A stretch of DNA of 64,000 nt from an uncultured Alphaproteobacteria bacterium (GCA_963812275.1 CAWEUQ010000008.1:122104-186103), one strand, 5' to 3'; shown: positions 11,610 through 22,002, numbered from the stretch's first letter. A program made the numbers and translations. The notes: a model not told the origin generated them from the sequence alone.

Positions 11610-12281
11610 TGGCGGGGCGACGGACCGCGATCCTGATTTCGGGACGCGGCAGCAACATGAACGCGCTGATCGCGGCGGCGATGGAGCCGGACTATCCGGC
11701 CGAGATCTCCCTCGTCGTTTCCAACCGGCCCGAGGCGCCCGGTCTCGAAAGGGCCCGGCAAATGGGCCTCGCGACCGACGTCATCGATCACAAGGCTTTC
11801 GCCTCCAAGCCCGAATTCGAGGAAGCGCTGTCGGCGCGACTTGAGGCGGCGGGCATCGAGATCATCTGCCTCGCCGGCTTCATGCGGCTTGTTTCAGAGG
11901 ATTTCGTCGAACATTGGCACGACCGGCTGATCAATATTCATCCGTCGCTGCTGCCCGCCTTCACCGGCCTCAATACCCACGTCCGGGCCCTCGATGCCGG
12001 CGTCAAGCTGCACGGCTGCACCGTCCATTATGTCCGCGCGGCGATGGACAATGGCCCGATCATCGCCCAGGCCGCGGTGTCGGTCCTGCCCGGCGACACA
12101 CCGGAGACGCTGGCCGCCCGGGTTCTCACGGCGGAGCACAAACTCTACCCGATGGCGCTCGCGCTGGTTGCCAGCGAGCAGGTCCGCGTCGTCGACGAAC
12201 TGGTCCGCTTCTCGACGCATCCGCAGGAGTTCGCCCGGCATGCTGCTGTCGGTCCCCTGCCCGCCGGAGGGCGGGGCCTGA
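11609..12281 (+). CDS. purN: Phosphoribosylglycinamide formyltransferase (probable +1 indel near 12235)
   Basis: ISGRGSNM, LAGFMR, NIHPSLLP, HGCTVH motifs; TGATG overlap with purM; removing one C near 12235 gives the end GMLLSVPCPPEGGA* at 12281, avoiding overlap with the next gene (uncorrected frame ends 12364). Confidence 0.9.
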
Positions 12282-13467
12282 CTACATCTGGTAGTCCGGC
12301 AGTTCGAAATCGTCCCTTAGGCTGCGGCCGATCATCAGGTCGGCGAGTGGGCCGATGGTCATGAGCCTTGTCGCCTGGTTGCGGAACCAGAGACCGAATG
12401 CGGTCTTCGGCGCGAAGGAGGATGCGAACTTCTCCGCCGCCACCTGCTTGCCGACGATGAACGGCCGCAGCCGCTCCTCGTGCCGGCGGAATGCCTCGCG
12501 GTAGTCGCCACCGGCGCGGTTCAATTCACCGGCGAGCACGTAGGCCTCGGCCAACGCCAAGCCGGTTCCCTCGCCTGCGAGCAGCGAGACGCAGGCCGCC
12601 GCATCGCCGATCAACGCAACCCGCCCTTTCGACCACGACTCCATCCGGATCTGGCTCACCCGGTCGAAATAGATGTCGTCGACACCGTCCATCAGGTCGA
12701 GGATGCGGTCGCTCTCCCAGCCGGCACCACCGAAGATGTCACGCAGCACCGCCTTGCGGTGTTCGGGATCGTGCGGCTCGGGGCCGGTCATCCGGTCGGC
12801 GTCGAAGACGAACATGAACATGGTGCGATCGTCCCGCTGGGCGAAGCGGGCGATCTGGCGGCCGGGGGTCGAATAGCTGACATAGACGAGCTCGTCCCTC
12901 GGCCGATAGCCGTCGACCTGGAAGGCGGCGACCCGGTAGCCGAGGGTCTTCTCGACGGTCTCCTCGGGACCGAAGACCAGTTCGCGCACCGTCGAATGCA
13001 GCCCGTCGGCGCCGATCAGCAAGGTCGAAGTCGCGGGGCGCGCTTCGCTCGAAGCCCACATGCACGCCGCCGTCGCGCTCGTCGATCGATGCGATGCTGT
13101 CGTCGAAGACGATCTCCACCTTGCCTTCGATCGCCCGGAAGATCGCCGCGGCAAGGTCGCCGCGCGGAAGGCTGGTGAAGCGGCCCTTGGTCATGCGGCC
13201 GAAGACGCTGGTCGGGAAGCCGCCGACCGTCTCGCCCTGCTCTGCGACCAGGCGCACCTCGCCGACCGAGTAGCCGAAGCGCTTCACCTCGGGCAGGATT
13301 CCCATGCGCTCGGCGACATCGTAGCCGACGCCCCAGAAGTCGATCATGTAGCCGCCGGTCCTGAGCTCCGGCGCTTTCTCGATCAGGACCGGCTCGTGAC
13401 CGCTGCGCTGGAGCCAGTAGGCCAGGGCCGGTCCGGCGACCCCGGCGCCGTTGATTGCCATTCTCAT
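12282..13467 (-). CDS. FAD-dependent monooxygenase (frameshift near 13020)
   Basis: NGAGVAGP Rossmann motif, GADGLHS, LIGDAAAC...GEGT; the two halves lie in ORFs 12739-13503 and 12282-13154. Confidence 0.85.
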
Positions 13468-13518
13468 TCGTTCGTCCCTCCGCTTCCGCGATGACAGGTC
13501 CAAGTCCCGGTCAAATCG

Positions 13519-13562
13519 TTGACATTGGAATTCGTCTCTTTTATGACTGACTGGTCAGACAA
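13519..13562 (+). promoter_or_regulatory. TTGACA -35 box plus palindromic TetR-type operator between divergent monooxygenase and tetR genes
   Basis: TTGACA at 13519-13524; ATGACTGAC-TG-GTCAGACAA at 13543-13562, with core CTGAC-TG-GTCAG a perfect inverted repeat. Confidence 0.6.
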
Positions 13563-13581
13563 AAACAATAGCGGTTGATCC

Positions 13582-14202
13582 ATGGCGCCGAAGATCGTCG
13601 ACAAGGAAGCGCGGAAGCGGACCATCCTCGCGGCAGCTGCCGAAGTGTTCGCGCGATACGGGTATCAGCGGGCGACGATCGACCAGATCGCCGAGGCGGC
13701 GGGCGTCGCCAAGGGCTCGATCTACCTGTCCTTCGCCAGCAAGGAGGATCTCTTCCACGCGCTGTTCGAGGCGCTGTTTCAAGACGCTCTGCTCGACGAA
13801 CCGGCCGGCAGCGACGACGAACCGCCGCTGGTGCGGCTGGAGCAGACGCTCTACCGGGTTGCCGACGCGGTCGACGCGAACGACACGCTGATCCCCCTCA
13901 CCCTCGAGTTCTGGTCCGTGTGCGGCGTCGCGGAGACCCGCGAGCGCTTCGGCCGAAGCTATGCCGAACTCTTCACCGGATTCCGCGCCGAGCTCATCGA
14001 ACGCCTCGACGAGGCTGCGGCGCGCGGCGAAATCGAGCCCGACCTTCCGCACACGGCACTGGCATCCTGCCTGATCGCCATGATCGACGGATTGCTGATC
14101 CAGCAGTGGACCGTGCCCGGGCTCAAGGCCTCCGACATGCTGCGGCAGGCGCTGCCGGCCTGGCTCGGCGCGTTGAAGCGCCACGCCGGCCGGTCAGGAT
14201 GA
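13582..14202 (+). CDS. TetR/AcrR family transcriptional regulator
   Basis: ILAAAAEVFARYGY...TIDQIAEAAGVAKGSIYLSFASKEDLF helix-turn-helix. Confidence 0.93.
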   Translation: MAPKIVDKEARKRTILAAAAEVFARYGYQRATIDQIAEAAGVAKGSIYLSFASKEDLFHALFEALFQDALLDEPAGSDDEPPLVRLEQTLYRVADAVDANDTLIPLTLEFWSVCGVAETRERFGRSYAELFTGFRAELIERLDEAAARGEIEPDLPHTALASCLIAMIDGLLIQQWTVPGLKASDMLRQALPAWLGALKRHAGRSG

Positions 14203-16309
14203 CGGTGCTGCTTCGATCCAGACCCGGTTGTCGTGGAAGGCCGCGCCGCCATAGGGCGCCACCGGGTCGGCGCCGGTCAGCGTATTGATGCCCCGGCCGT
14301 CGGCGAAGGCCGCGTTCGGCCAGATGCCCTCCGAGATCAGCACCCCGCGCACGACCCCGTCGAAATGCCGGGCATGAAGCCTCACCGTCCCGCGGTCGTT
14401 GCCGAGCCGTACCGGCGCGCCGTCGGCGATGCCGCGCTCGGCCGCGTCGTCCGGGTGGATCATCACCTCCGGCCGGCCGCCTTCCTTGGCGCGCGATGAC
14501 GGCGTCTCGTTGAAGCTCGAATTGAGGAAGGAGCGCGCCGGCGACGTCGCCAGCCGGAACGGGTGGCGGTCATCGGCCGTCTCGATCGCAGTGAAATGAT
14601 CGGGAAGCTCCGGCAGCCCCTGCCAGGGACCCATCGGCCCGTTGTTGGGCGCATTCACCCGCGGCCAGTCCGGCTTGAAATGGAACTTGCCGTCCGGATG
14701 GCCGAAACCGTCGAGGTAGTGGGAGGTCCGGAAATCGGGCTGGCAGTCGATCCATTTCGACGCCTCGAGCGCGGCCAGCGTGCCCCGGCCGGAATGCCGC
14801 AGCATCCAGTCGATATGCTCGCGTTCGCTCATGGCGAAGCCGGGATGATCGAGACCGAGCCGCTCGCCGAGGCCGGCGAAGACCTGATGGTTGGTGCGGC
14901 ATTCGCCCGGCGGCTCGACCAGCTTCGGCCCGAGCAGGATGTGCTGGTGGCCGCCGCCGCGATAGATGTCGTCATGCTCGAGGAACATGGTCGCCGGCAG
15001 CACGATGTCGGCCATCGCCGCGGTCTCGGTCATCACCTGCTCGTGGACGCAGACGAAGAGGTCGTCGCGGGCGAAGCCGGCCCTCACCTTCTCCTGGTCG
15101 GGCGCGACCGACATCGGGTTGGTGTTCTGGATCAGCATCGCCGTCACCGGCGGCCCGTCGAACAGAACGTCCGGTTCGCCGCAGAGGATCGCCCCGATCC
15201 GCGACTGGTCGAGGCGCCGGACCGAGGGATCGATCATGTCGTGGCCCTCGATCATGCTCTTGTCGAGGTTGAAGATGCCGCCGTTGGTGTGGAAGGCGCC
15301 GCCACCCTCATGCCGCCAGGCTCCCGTGACCGCGGCGATCGAGGATGCCGCGTGCATCGAGACCGCGCCGTTCCGCGACCGGGTGAAACCATAACCCAGC
15401 CGGAAATAGGTGCGCGGCGTCGTGCCGACCGCGGCCGCGAAGGCCTCGATCTCCGCGACATCGAGGCCGGTGATCGCGGCCGCCCATTCCGGCGTCCGCG
15501 ACTTGAGATGCGCCTCCAGTTCCTCCGGACAGTCGGTGTATTGGGCCAGATAGTCCCGGTCGGCATGGCCGTCGCGGAAACAGACATGCATCACCGCGCA
15601 GGCGAGCGCCGCGTCGGTGCCGGGCCTGAGGCAGAGACCGATATCGGCCTGTTTCATCGTCTCGTTGCGGTAGACGTCGACGACGGCGATCCGCGCCCCG
15701 CGCTCCTTCCGCGCCCGCACCGCGTGGGTCATGACGTTGACCTGGGTGGCGACGGCATTGGTGCCCCAGATCACCACGAGGTCGGATTTCGCCATCTCCC
15801 GCGGGTCCGGACCCGTCAGGCTGCCCGTCCCCGCGGCATAGCCGGCATAGGCGGGGTTGGTGCAGATGGTGTCGAACTGGCGCGAATAGCGCTTGGCATG
15901 GCGAAGCCGGTGGATGCCGTCGCGCTGAACCAGTCCCATGGTGCCGGCATAGTGATAGGGCCAGACGGCTTCGGCGCCGTGTTTCGCCTCGGCATCGAGG
16001 AACGCCTTGGCGACGATATCGAGCGCCTCGTCCCAGCCGATCCGCTGCCAGGCGCCGCTATCCCGCCAGTCGGCGTTGCCCTTTTCCCCTTTGCGGCGAA
16101 GGGGATGCAGCAATCGGTTCGGATTGTGAATCCGCTCGGCGTAGCGCGCAACCTTGGCGCAGATCACCCCGGCCGTGTAGTCGAGATCCTTCGATCCGCG
16201 CACCCGGCCGATGCCGCCCTCGACCAACTCGACCTCGAGCGCGCAGGTCGACGGGCAGTCGTGCGGGACAGGCCGTGTAACCGATGCTGTTCGGCAGTGG
16301 ACGGTTCAT
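14194..16309 (-). CDS. Molybdopterin oxidoreductase family protein (frameshift near 16265)
   Basis: After a one-base correction the N-terminus reads MNRPLPNSIGYTACPHDCPSTC (Fe-S motif); ICAKV, DLVVIWGTN, ADIVLPAT, C-terminal molydop-binding IHPDDAAERGIADG. Confidence 0.88.
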
Positions 16310-16416
16310 TGACTGGCTCGATCCGGAACACGCCGCAAGCTGCGGCATTCGCACCCGGATTGGCATTTCAGGCTGCGCGGGTCAATCCTCGGGCCGGTCG
16401 CCCGGCGGCCCGCGGC

Positions 16417-16863
16417 CTACTGATCGCCGATCGCCGTTTCCTGGTAGGCGCGCTGCAGCCACTTGCCGTCGTGATTCACCCAGACCTGCGAGACATAGAC
16501 ATGCTTCGGCAGCGGCTGGCCCCGGAACGATCCGTCGAGCGAGATCCCGTAATTGATCAGCGCCACACCATCGGCGATGAGAGAAATCTCGGGCTTGGTT
16601 TCGTCGTAGGTCGAATATGCGACATCGGGAAACAGCGCGATCTGCTGGTCGACGCCGACCGCGCCGTCATACATCCAGGCGATCGCCGTGTGGTCCGGCG
16701 TCATCAGCGCCTTGATCGTCTCGGAATCCTCGGCGGTGAAAGCGCTGTTCAACGTTTCCATCGCCGCTGCCACGGCCTCGATCTCGGCGGCATCGTCGGC
16801 TCGCGCGGCCATCGGTATGTGCAGCGACAGAGCGGCCAAGGCCACCATCAGAAATCTGGGCAT
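16417..16863 (-). CDS. Secreted NTF2-like (DUF4440-type) protein
   Basis: Signal peptide ending ARA; SQVWVNHDGKWLQRAYQET C-terminal strand pattern. Confidence 0.7.
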   Translation of the reverse strand: MPRFLMVALAALSLHIPMAARADDAAEIEAVAAAMETLNSAFTAEDSETIKALMTPDHTAIAWMYDGAVGVDQQIALFPDVAYSTYDETKPEISLIADGVALINYGISLDGSFRGQPLPKHVYVSQVWVNHDGKWLQRAYQETAIGDQ

Positions 16864-17011
16864 GGGACGTCTCCACCTCCGACGGGAACGCGCCTGCTTG
16901 CGCGCGGTCGCACTCGATCCGCCATGATGGCAAAATGCAAGCCGCCGCGACCGCCATGGTGTCCAGAGGTTTAATGCGGGGACCGGCCGGAGCCGGTCCC
17001 CGCATCGCGCC

Positions 17012-18589
17012 TCAGGCGCGCTTCGGATCGAGGGTCACCGCGTAGAGTTCGGTGTCGTCGGCGTCCATCAGGCGAACCGTCATCTGGCCGCTCTGGCCGT
17101 CGATGTCGACCAGCCCGAAGAACTGCAGGCCCATCGAAGGCGGCAGGTTGGCGCCCTGCTCCGCGGTCGGCGCCTTGACGAACTTGACCTCGGGACCGAA
17201 GGTCATGTCGAGGTCGTTCGGGCCGAAGGTGCCGGCATGCAGCGGGCCGGAGACGAATTCCCAGAACGGCTCGAAGTCCTGGAATTGCGCCTTCGACGGA
17301 TCGTAGTAATGCGCGGCCGTGTAGTGGACGTCGGCGGTCAGCCACACCGTGTTGTCGATGCCGGCATTCTTGATGAAGCGGAGGAGATCGGCGATCTCCA
17401 GCTCGCGGCCCTTGGCCGGCCCGTTGTCGCCATTCGAGACTGCCTCGGCGCCGGCGCTGTCCACCCAGTTGTCCCAGACGACGAGACCGAGCGGCATGTC
17501 GCAGGCGATGACCTTCCAGGTCGCCCGGGAATTGGCCAGCTCGCGCTTCAGCCACTTGACCTGCTCCGCCCCGAGGATGCGGGCGTCGGGGGTCAGCGTC
17601 TCCTCCATCGACGGGCCATTGCCGCCGCGATAGGTGCGCAGGTCGAGGAAGAAGACGTCGAGCAGCGGCCCATAGGCGATTTTGCGGTAGACCCGTCCGG
17701 GTTCCGCCGGCTGGTAGCTGATCGGCGTCATCTCGTGGAAGGCGCGGGCGGCGCGAGCGGCGAGCAGGTGGATGTTCTTCTCGGTGTAGCGGTCGTCGCC
17801 CGACAGGTCCTTCGAGCTCGACCAGTTGTTGAGCACCTCGTGGTCGTCCCACTGGTAGAAGGTCGGGATCGCAGCGTTCATCGCCAGGACGTTGGCGTCC
17901 AGCAAGTTGTATTTCCACTGGCCGCGATACTCGTCGAGGGTCTCGGCGACCTTCGTCTTTTCCGGCGTGACGATGTTCTTCCACACCGTCCCGTCCTTGA
18001 GTTCGACCGTCTCCTGGAGCGGGCCGTCGGCATAGATCGTGTCGCCGGAATGGACGAAGAAGTCGGGCGCGTGTTTCGTCATGGTGGCGTAGGTCTTCAT
18101 GCCGCCGCGATCGGTATCGATGCCCCAGCCCTGGCCGACCGTATCGCCGGACCAGACGAACTTGACCGAACGGTTCGAGGCCGGCGCGGTCCGGAAGTGG
18201 CCGACGATCGGCTCGGAGGTGACGTTGATGTCGGCGAGATCGGCAAGCGTCAGGCGATAGAAGATGTCCTGGTCGGCGGGCAGGCCCGTGACCAGCCGCT
18301 TGACGGTCAGGTCAGAGTCCGGGAGGGCATTGATCGGGGCGAGCGTCGTCGCGTTGGCGAAGTCCTCGCGCGTCGCGACCTCGAACAGGACGCGCGACGG
18401 CCGGTCGGCGCGGGTCCAGATCATGCCGGAATCGACGCCGACATCGCCGGACTGGACGCCATGGGTGAAGGTCGGCCGTGTGGCGGCCCGGGAATAGAAC
18501 GGCATCGCGATGCCGGACGCGGCGACGAGGCCCGCGGCCCCGGCCGAAGCCAGGAATCCGCGGCGGCTCACTGCAACCAGTTTCGTCAT
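17012..18589 (-). CDS. phoD: Alkaline phosphatase D family protein, Tat-exported
   Basis: SRRGFL twin-arginine signal; HGVQSGD, HSGDTIYAD, WDDHEV, LDLRTYR, TADVHY motifs. Confidence 0.93.
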   Translation of the reverse strand: MTKLVAVSRRGFLASAGAAGLVAASGIAMPFYSRAATRPTFTHGVQSGDVGVDSGMIWTRADRPSRVLFEVATREDFANATTLAPINALPDSDLTVKRLVTGLPADQDIFYRLTLADLADINVTSEPIVGHFRTAPASNRSVKFVWSGDTVGQGWGIDTDRGGMKTYATMTKHAPDFFVHSGDTIYADGPLQETVELKDGTVWKNIVTPEKTKVAETLDEYRGQWKYNLLDANVLAMNAAIPTFYQWDDHEVLNNWSSSKDLSGDDRYTEKNIHLLAARAARAFHEMTPISYQPAEPGRVYRKIAYGPLLDVFFLDLRTYRGGNGPSMEETLTPDARILGAEQVKWLKRELANSRATWKVIACDMPLGLVVWDNWVDSAGAEAVSNGDNGPAKGRELEIADLLRFIKNAGIDNTVWLTADVHYTAAHYYDPSKAQFQDFEPFWEFVSGPLHAGTFGPNDLDMTFGPEVKFVKAPTAEQGANLPPSMGLQFFGLVDIDGQSGQMTVRLMDADDTELYAVTLDPKRA

Positions 18590-18645
18590 GGAAAGCTCCT
18601 CAGGGTGACGTGTCTTTCACGCCAACCGGGGAGTGCCGGAAGTCC

Positions 18646-18685
18646 GTAACAGGCGCGTATCCCTGCCGTGAAGCTTTGATGAATT
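18646..18685 (-). promoter_or_regulatory. Putative Pho box array upstream of phoD
   Basis: Minus strand AATTCAT-caaa-GCTTCAC-ggca-GGGATAC-gcgc-CTGTTAC: 7-mers at 11-bp period, three resembling CTGTCAT. Confidence 0.5.
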
Positions 18686-18737
18686 CCAAGGAAGATTCAC
18701 CTGCTGAGCGCGGACAAGGTTCGGCAACGACGCGCGC

Positions 18738-18826
18738 TGGTGCGGACGGTGGGGATCGAACCCACACAGAGGTCGCCCTCCGAGGGATTTTAAGTCCCTT
18801 GCGTCTACCAATTCCGCCACGTCCGC
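18738..18826 (-). tRNA. tRNA-Leu (anticodon TAA)
   Basis: GCGGACGTGGCGGAATTGGTAGACGC...GGGAC-TTAAAAT-CCC, long variable arm, GGTTCGATCCC, encoded CCA end. Confidence 0.97.
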
Positions 18827-18914
18827 TGCCCTCAACTGGGTAAATGGCCGACACACCATTGGCAAGCGACGCGGCTGTCCGCTCTCCACTCACCAAATCT
18901 TTGAGACCTATCGT

Positions 18915-18971
18915 AAGATATATCTTGATCTGCGGCTGCAATCTCCCTAGCTATGTCTCACGATATAACGA
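18915..18971 (+). promoter_or_regulatory. Two palindromic operator candidates upstream of the PadR gene
   Basis: Perfect AAGATATATCTT at 18915-18926 and near-copy ACGATATAACGA at 18960-18971 next to the RBS. Confidence 0.5.
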
Positions 18972-18984
18972 ACGGAGACATGAA

Positions 18985-19614
18985 ATGCACGATTGTCACT
19001 CTCATATCCACACATGGCACGGCGCCGGACGCCACGGCCCCCGCGGCTTTTCGCACCGGGGCGGTCCGTTCGGCGGTCGCTTCCGCGGGCCGCCGGACCC
19101 GTTCCGGGGCGGCAAGATGATCGCCGACGGCGATCTGAGGCTGGTCGTTCTCGCCCTGCTCGCCGAGCAGCCGCGGCACGGCTACGACATCATCAAGGCG
19201 CTGGAAGAGCGTTCGCACGAGGCCTACAGCCCGAGCCCGGGCGTCGTCTATCCGACCCTCACCTACCTCGAGGAGGCAGGCTATGCGACGGCCAGCGCCG
19301 AGGGGAACAAGAAGGTCTACGCGATCACCGACACCGGTCGGGCGCATCTCGACGCCAACCGTGCCGTCGCGGACGGCATTCTCTCGGAGATGGCGGCTGT
19401 CGGCGAACGGCTGGCGCAGGCGCGGGCCTGGTACTATCGGCGCGAGGATGGCGGCGACACAGACATTCCCGGCGTGCTTCCGGAGGTCAATGAAGCGCGG
19501 CGGAAGTTGAAGGCGGCCATCGCCGGGAAGCTCGACGCACCGGAGGAGGAACAGCGGCGCCTCGCCAAGATCCTGGTCGACGCCGCCTCCGCCATTCGCG
19601 GCGTGGATCTCTGA
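18985..19614 (+). CDS. PadR family transcriptional regulator with His/Gly-rich N-terminus
   Basis: LRLVVLALLAEQPRHGYDIIK...SPSPGVVYPTLTYLEE...KKVYAIT. Confidence 0.92.
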   Translation: MHDCHSHIHTWHGAGRHGPRGFSHRGGPFGGRFRGPPDPFRGGKMIADGDLRLVVLALLAEQPRHGYDIIKALEERSHEAYSPSPGVVYPTLTYLEEAGYATASAEGNKKVYAITDTGRAHLDANRAVADGILSEMAAVGERLAQARAWYYRREDGGDTDIPGVLPEVNEARRKLKAAIAGKLDAPEEEQRRLAKILVDAASAIRGVDL

Positions 19615-19655
19615 CGGCCCCGGACTTCCGCCGATCAGGACCTGCGACATTTCCA

Positions 19656-19693
19656 CGCCGGCCGGCTGTGACTGCGATCACAGCCGGCCGGCG
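19656..19693. terminator. Perfect 16-bp inverted repeat downstream of PadR
   Basis: CGCCGGCCGGCTGTGA-ctgcga-TCACAGCCGGCCGGCG. Confidence 0.6.
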
Positions 19694-19727
19694 GCGGTAA
19701 TTGTAGAGGGAGAATGGACGGGAATCG

Positions 19728-19762
19728 TCCGCGCGGCCCGCGCTGCCGCCGCGGATTTTTTT
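19728..19762 (+). terminator. Intrinsic terminator-like hairpin plus T7, 17 nt upstream of the methyltransferase start
   Basis: TCCGCG/CGCGGA and CGGC/GCCG stem followed by TTTTTTT. Confidence 0.55.
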
Positions 19763-19779
19763 ATGGAGAAGACGGGACA

Positions 19780-20730
19780 ATGGCGAAATATCGCGCCCAC
19801 CTGCCGCAGGTGTCCGGGGACGACATCTTTCTGACCGACGGTGGCCTGGAAACCTTCCTCATCTTCCGGGAAGGCGTGGATCTGCCCTATTTCGCGGCCT
19901 TCGACCTGATGAAGGATGACGCCGGCCGCGACATCCTGCGGGACTATTACCGCCCCTTTGCCGCCATGGCGGTGGAGAGCGGTCTCGGCTATGTGCTCGA
20001 AGCGCCGACCTGGCGGGCGAACCCGGACTGGGGCGCCAGGCTCGGCTATGGCGACCGCGCCACCGTCGCCATGAACCACGAGGCGATTGCGCTGATGGCC
20101 GAGCTGCGGCGCGATTTCGAGACCACGCGCTCGCCGATGGTGATCAGCGGCTGCGTCGGCCCGCGCGGCGACGGCTATGTCGCCGGCGCCATGATGTCGG
20201 CCGAACAGGCGGAGGTCTATCACACACCCCAGGTGCATGCCTTCCGCCGGGCGGACGCCGACATGGTCACCGCCATCACCATGACCTACGCCAACGAGGC
20301 GATCGGCATCGCCCGCGCCGCCAAGAAGGCCGACATGCCGGTGGTGATTTCCTTCACGGTCGAGACCGACGGGCGGCTGCCGACCGGCCAGACGCTGAAG
20401 GATGCGATCGCCACCGTCGATCTCGCGACCGGATCGGCGCCGACCTATTACATGATCAATTGCGCCCACCCCACGCATTTCGATCGGCTTTTCGACAGCG
20501 ACGAGACGTGGATCCAGCGCATCCAGGGCCTGCGCGCCAACGCCTCGACGCTCAGCCATGCCGAACTCGACGACGCGACCGAACTCGACGACGGCGATCC
20601 CGTCGACCTCGCGGAGCGCTACGCCGACCTCAGGCGCCGGCAACCGCAACTGACCGTCATGGGCGGCTGCTGCGGCACCGACCACCGCCACGTCCGGGAA
20701 ATCTGCCTGGCCTGCATGGCGGTGGCCTGA
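19780..20730 (+). CDS. Homocysteine S-methyltransferase family protein
   Basis: FLTDGGLET, GCVGPRGDGY, YMINCAHP, MGGCCGTD zinc-ligand motifs. Confidence 0.92.
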   Translation: MAKYRAHLPQVSGDDIFLTDGGLETFLIFREGVDLPYFAAFDLMKDDAGRDILRDYYRPFAAMAVESGLGYVLEAPTWRANPDWGARLGYGDRATVAMNHEAIALMAELRRDFETTRSPMVISGCVGPRGDGYVAGAMMSAEQAEVYHTPQVHAFRRADADMVTAITMTYANEAIGIARAAKKADMPVVISFTVETDGRLPTGQTLKDAIATVDLATGSAPTYYMINCAHPTHFDRLFDSDETWIQRIQGLRANASTLSHAELDDATELDDGDPVDLAERYADLRRRQPQLTVMGGCCGTDHRHVREICLACMAVA

Positions 20731-20835
20731 CGACGCGGTACCCGTGAACCGGCGATGAACCGCCGGCTCAGCGGCGGTTCAAGCGCTCGCGGCGATACTG
20801 CTCCCACACTGTTCGACGCATGTGGGAGCTTCGCC

Positions 20836-21072
20836 ATGACAGGGAACGAACGCCGCTCGATCGCCGCCACGATGCAGGTCCTCGCCGCCGTCCGCGACCC
20901 TGTTTGCCCGCTGGCGGGCGTCACCGTCGACTTTCTGCTCGGAGACGATGCCATCGACCGTCATGCCGGGCTGTCGGCCGACGACATCGCCCACTGCCGC
21001 TCCGCCGGCGTCAGGGCGGTCGGGACGATGCGGTATCCGCAGCCGCGATCGAGGGCGCAGCGCGGCCGCTGA
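20836..21072 (+). CDS. Small hypothetical protein (78 aa)
   Basis: GGGAG RBS before ATG 20836; fills the gap between two genes; no family recognised. Confidence 0.4.
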   Translation: MTGNERRSIAATMQVLAAVRDPVCPLAGVTVDFLLGDDAIDRHAGLSADDIAHCRSAGVRAVGTMRYPQPRSRAQRGR

Positions 21073-21093
21073 ACGACCGCCGCGCGCAATTCC

Positions 21094-21945
21094 TCAGCGC
21101 TTGAGGTATTCGGCGAATGCGTTTTGATAGTCCGGGTGCCAGCGCGACAGCGGCGGGCGGTTCTCGGCGATGTCGCCGGCCGCCCAGACGATCCGCTTGG
21201 CGTCGACCTCACGGGTGACGTCGTTGTCCGGGCAGATGATGTAGAAGTCGCCCTTCCCCGTCGCCTCGAGCATCACGTCGATGACCTGGTCCGGCCACCA
21301 GGCGCCGGCCGGCTTCTCGGTGCGACCACCGGCGGTCAGCGTGGTGTGGGTCCAGCCCGGCACCAGCAGGTGGGCGCTGACCTTGCAGCCCTCGGTGTTG
21401 CGGAGCGTGTGTTGAAGCGCTTCGGTGATCACCTTCACCCCGGCCTTCGAGACGTTGTAGGCGGTGTCGCCCGGCGGGCAGGTGATGCCCTGCTTCGAGC
21501 CGGTATTGACGATCATCGCGTCGGTTCCCTGGTCGATGATGGCCTGGCTGAAGGCGTGGACGCCGTTGATCACCCCCCAAAGGTTGGTGCCGATCACGGT
21601 CTGCCACCGGTCATAGTGGTCGAAGGGGCCGCCGCCGGGTCCGGTCCCGGCGTTGTTCATCAGCACCGCGACCTCGCCGAAGGCCTCATAGGCCCGATCC
21701 TTGAGGCGCTGAACCTGATCCATCCGGCTGACGTCACAGGCGACGGTGACGACCTCGACCTTGCCGCCGGACGCGGACGCCGCGATCTCGCCGGCTGCCT
21801 TGTCGAGCGCGGCCTGGTCGAGATCGGCGATGGCGATCTTCATGCCGAATCCGGCGAACCGCTTGGCGGCGGCGAGGCCGATGCCGGAGGCGCCGCCGGT
21901 GATGACCGCGGCGCGGCCGGCCTGGAGGGCGGGATGATTGGACAT
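21094..21945 (-). CDS. Short-chain dehydrogenase/reductase
   Basis: TGGASGIG, NNAG, YNVSK catalytic YxxxK. Confidence 0.93.
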   Translation of the reverse strand: MSNHPALQAGRAAVITGGASGIGLAAAKRFAGFGMKIAIADLDQAALDKAAGEIAASASGGKVEVVTVACDVSRMDQVQRLKDRAYEAFGEVAVLMNNAGTGPGGGPFDHYDRWQTVIGTNLWGVINGVHAFSQAIIDQGTDAMIVNTGSKQGITCPPGDTAYNVSKAGVKVITEALQHTLRNTEGCKVSAHLLVPGWTHTTLTAGGRTEKPAGAWWPDQVIDVMLEATGKGDFYIICPDNDVTREVDAKRIVWAAGDIAENRPPLSRWHPDYQNAFAEYLKR

Positions 21946-22002
21946 GGTGATACTCCTCGACGTTTGATTCAGGCGGGCGTGAGATACGCGGGCCGCGGCG
22001 GT

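Noticed and set aside
18738-18826. tRNA-Leu as an integration site for a genomic island
   Set aside because: I found no second copy of its 3' end and no integrase in the window; the gene downstream of it is phoD.
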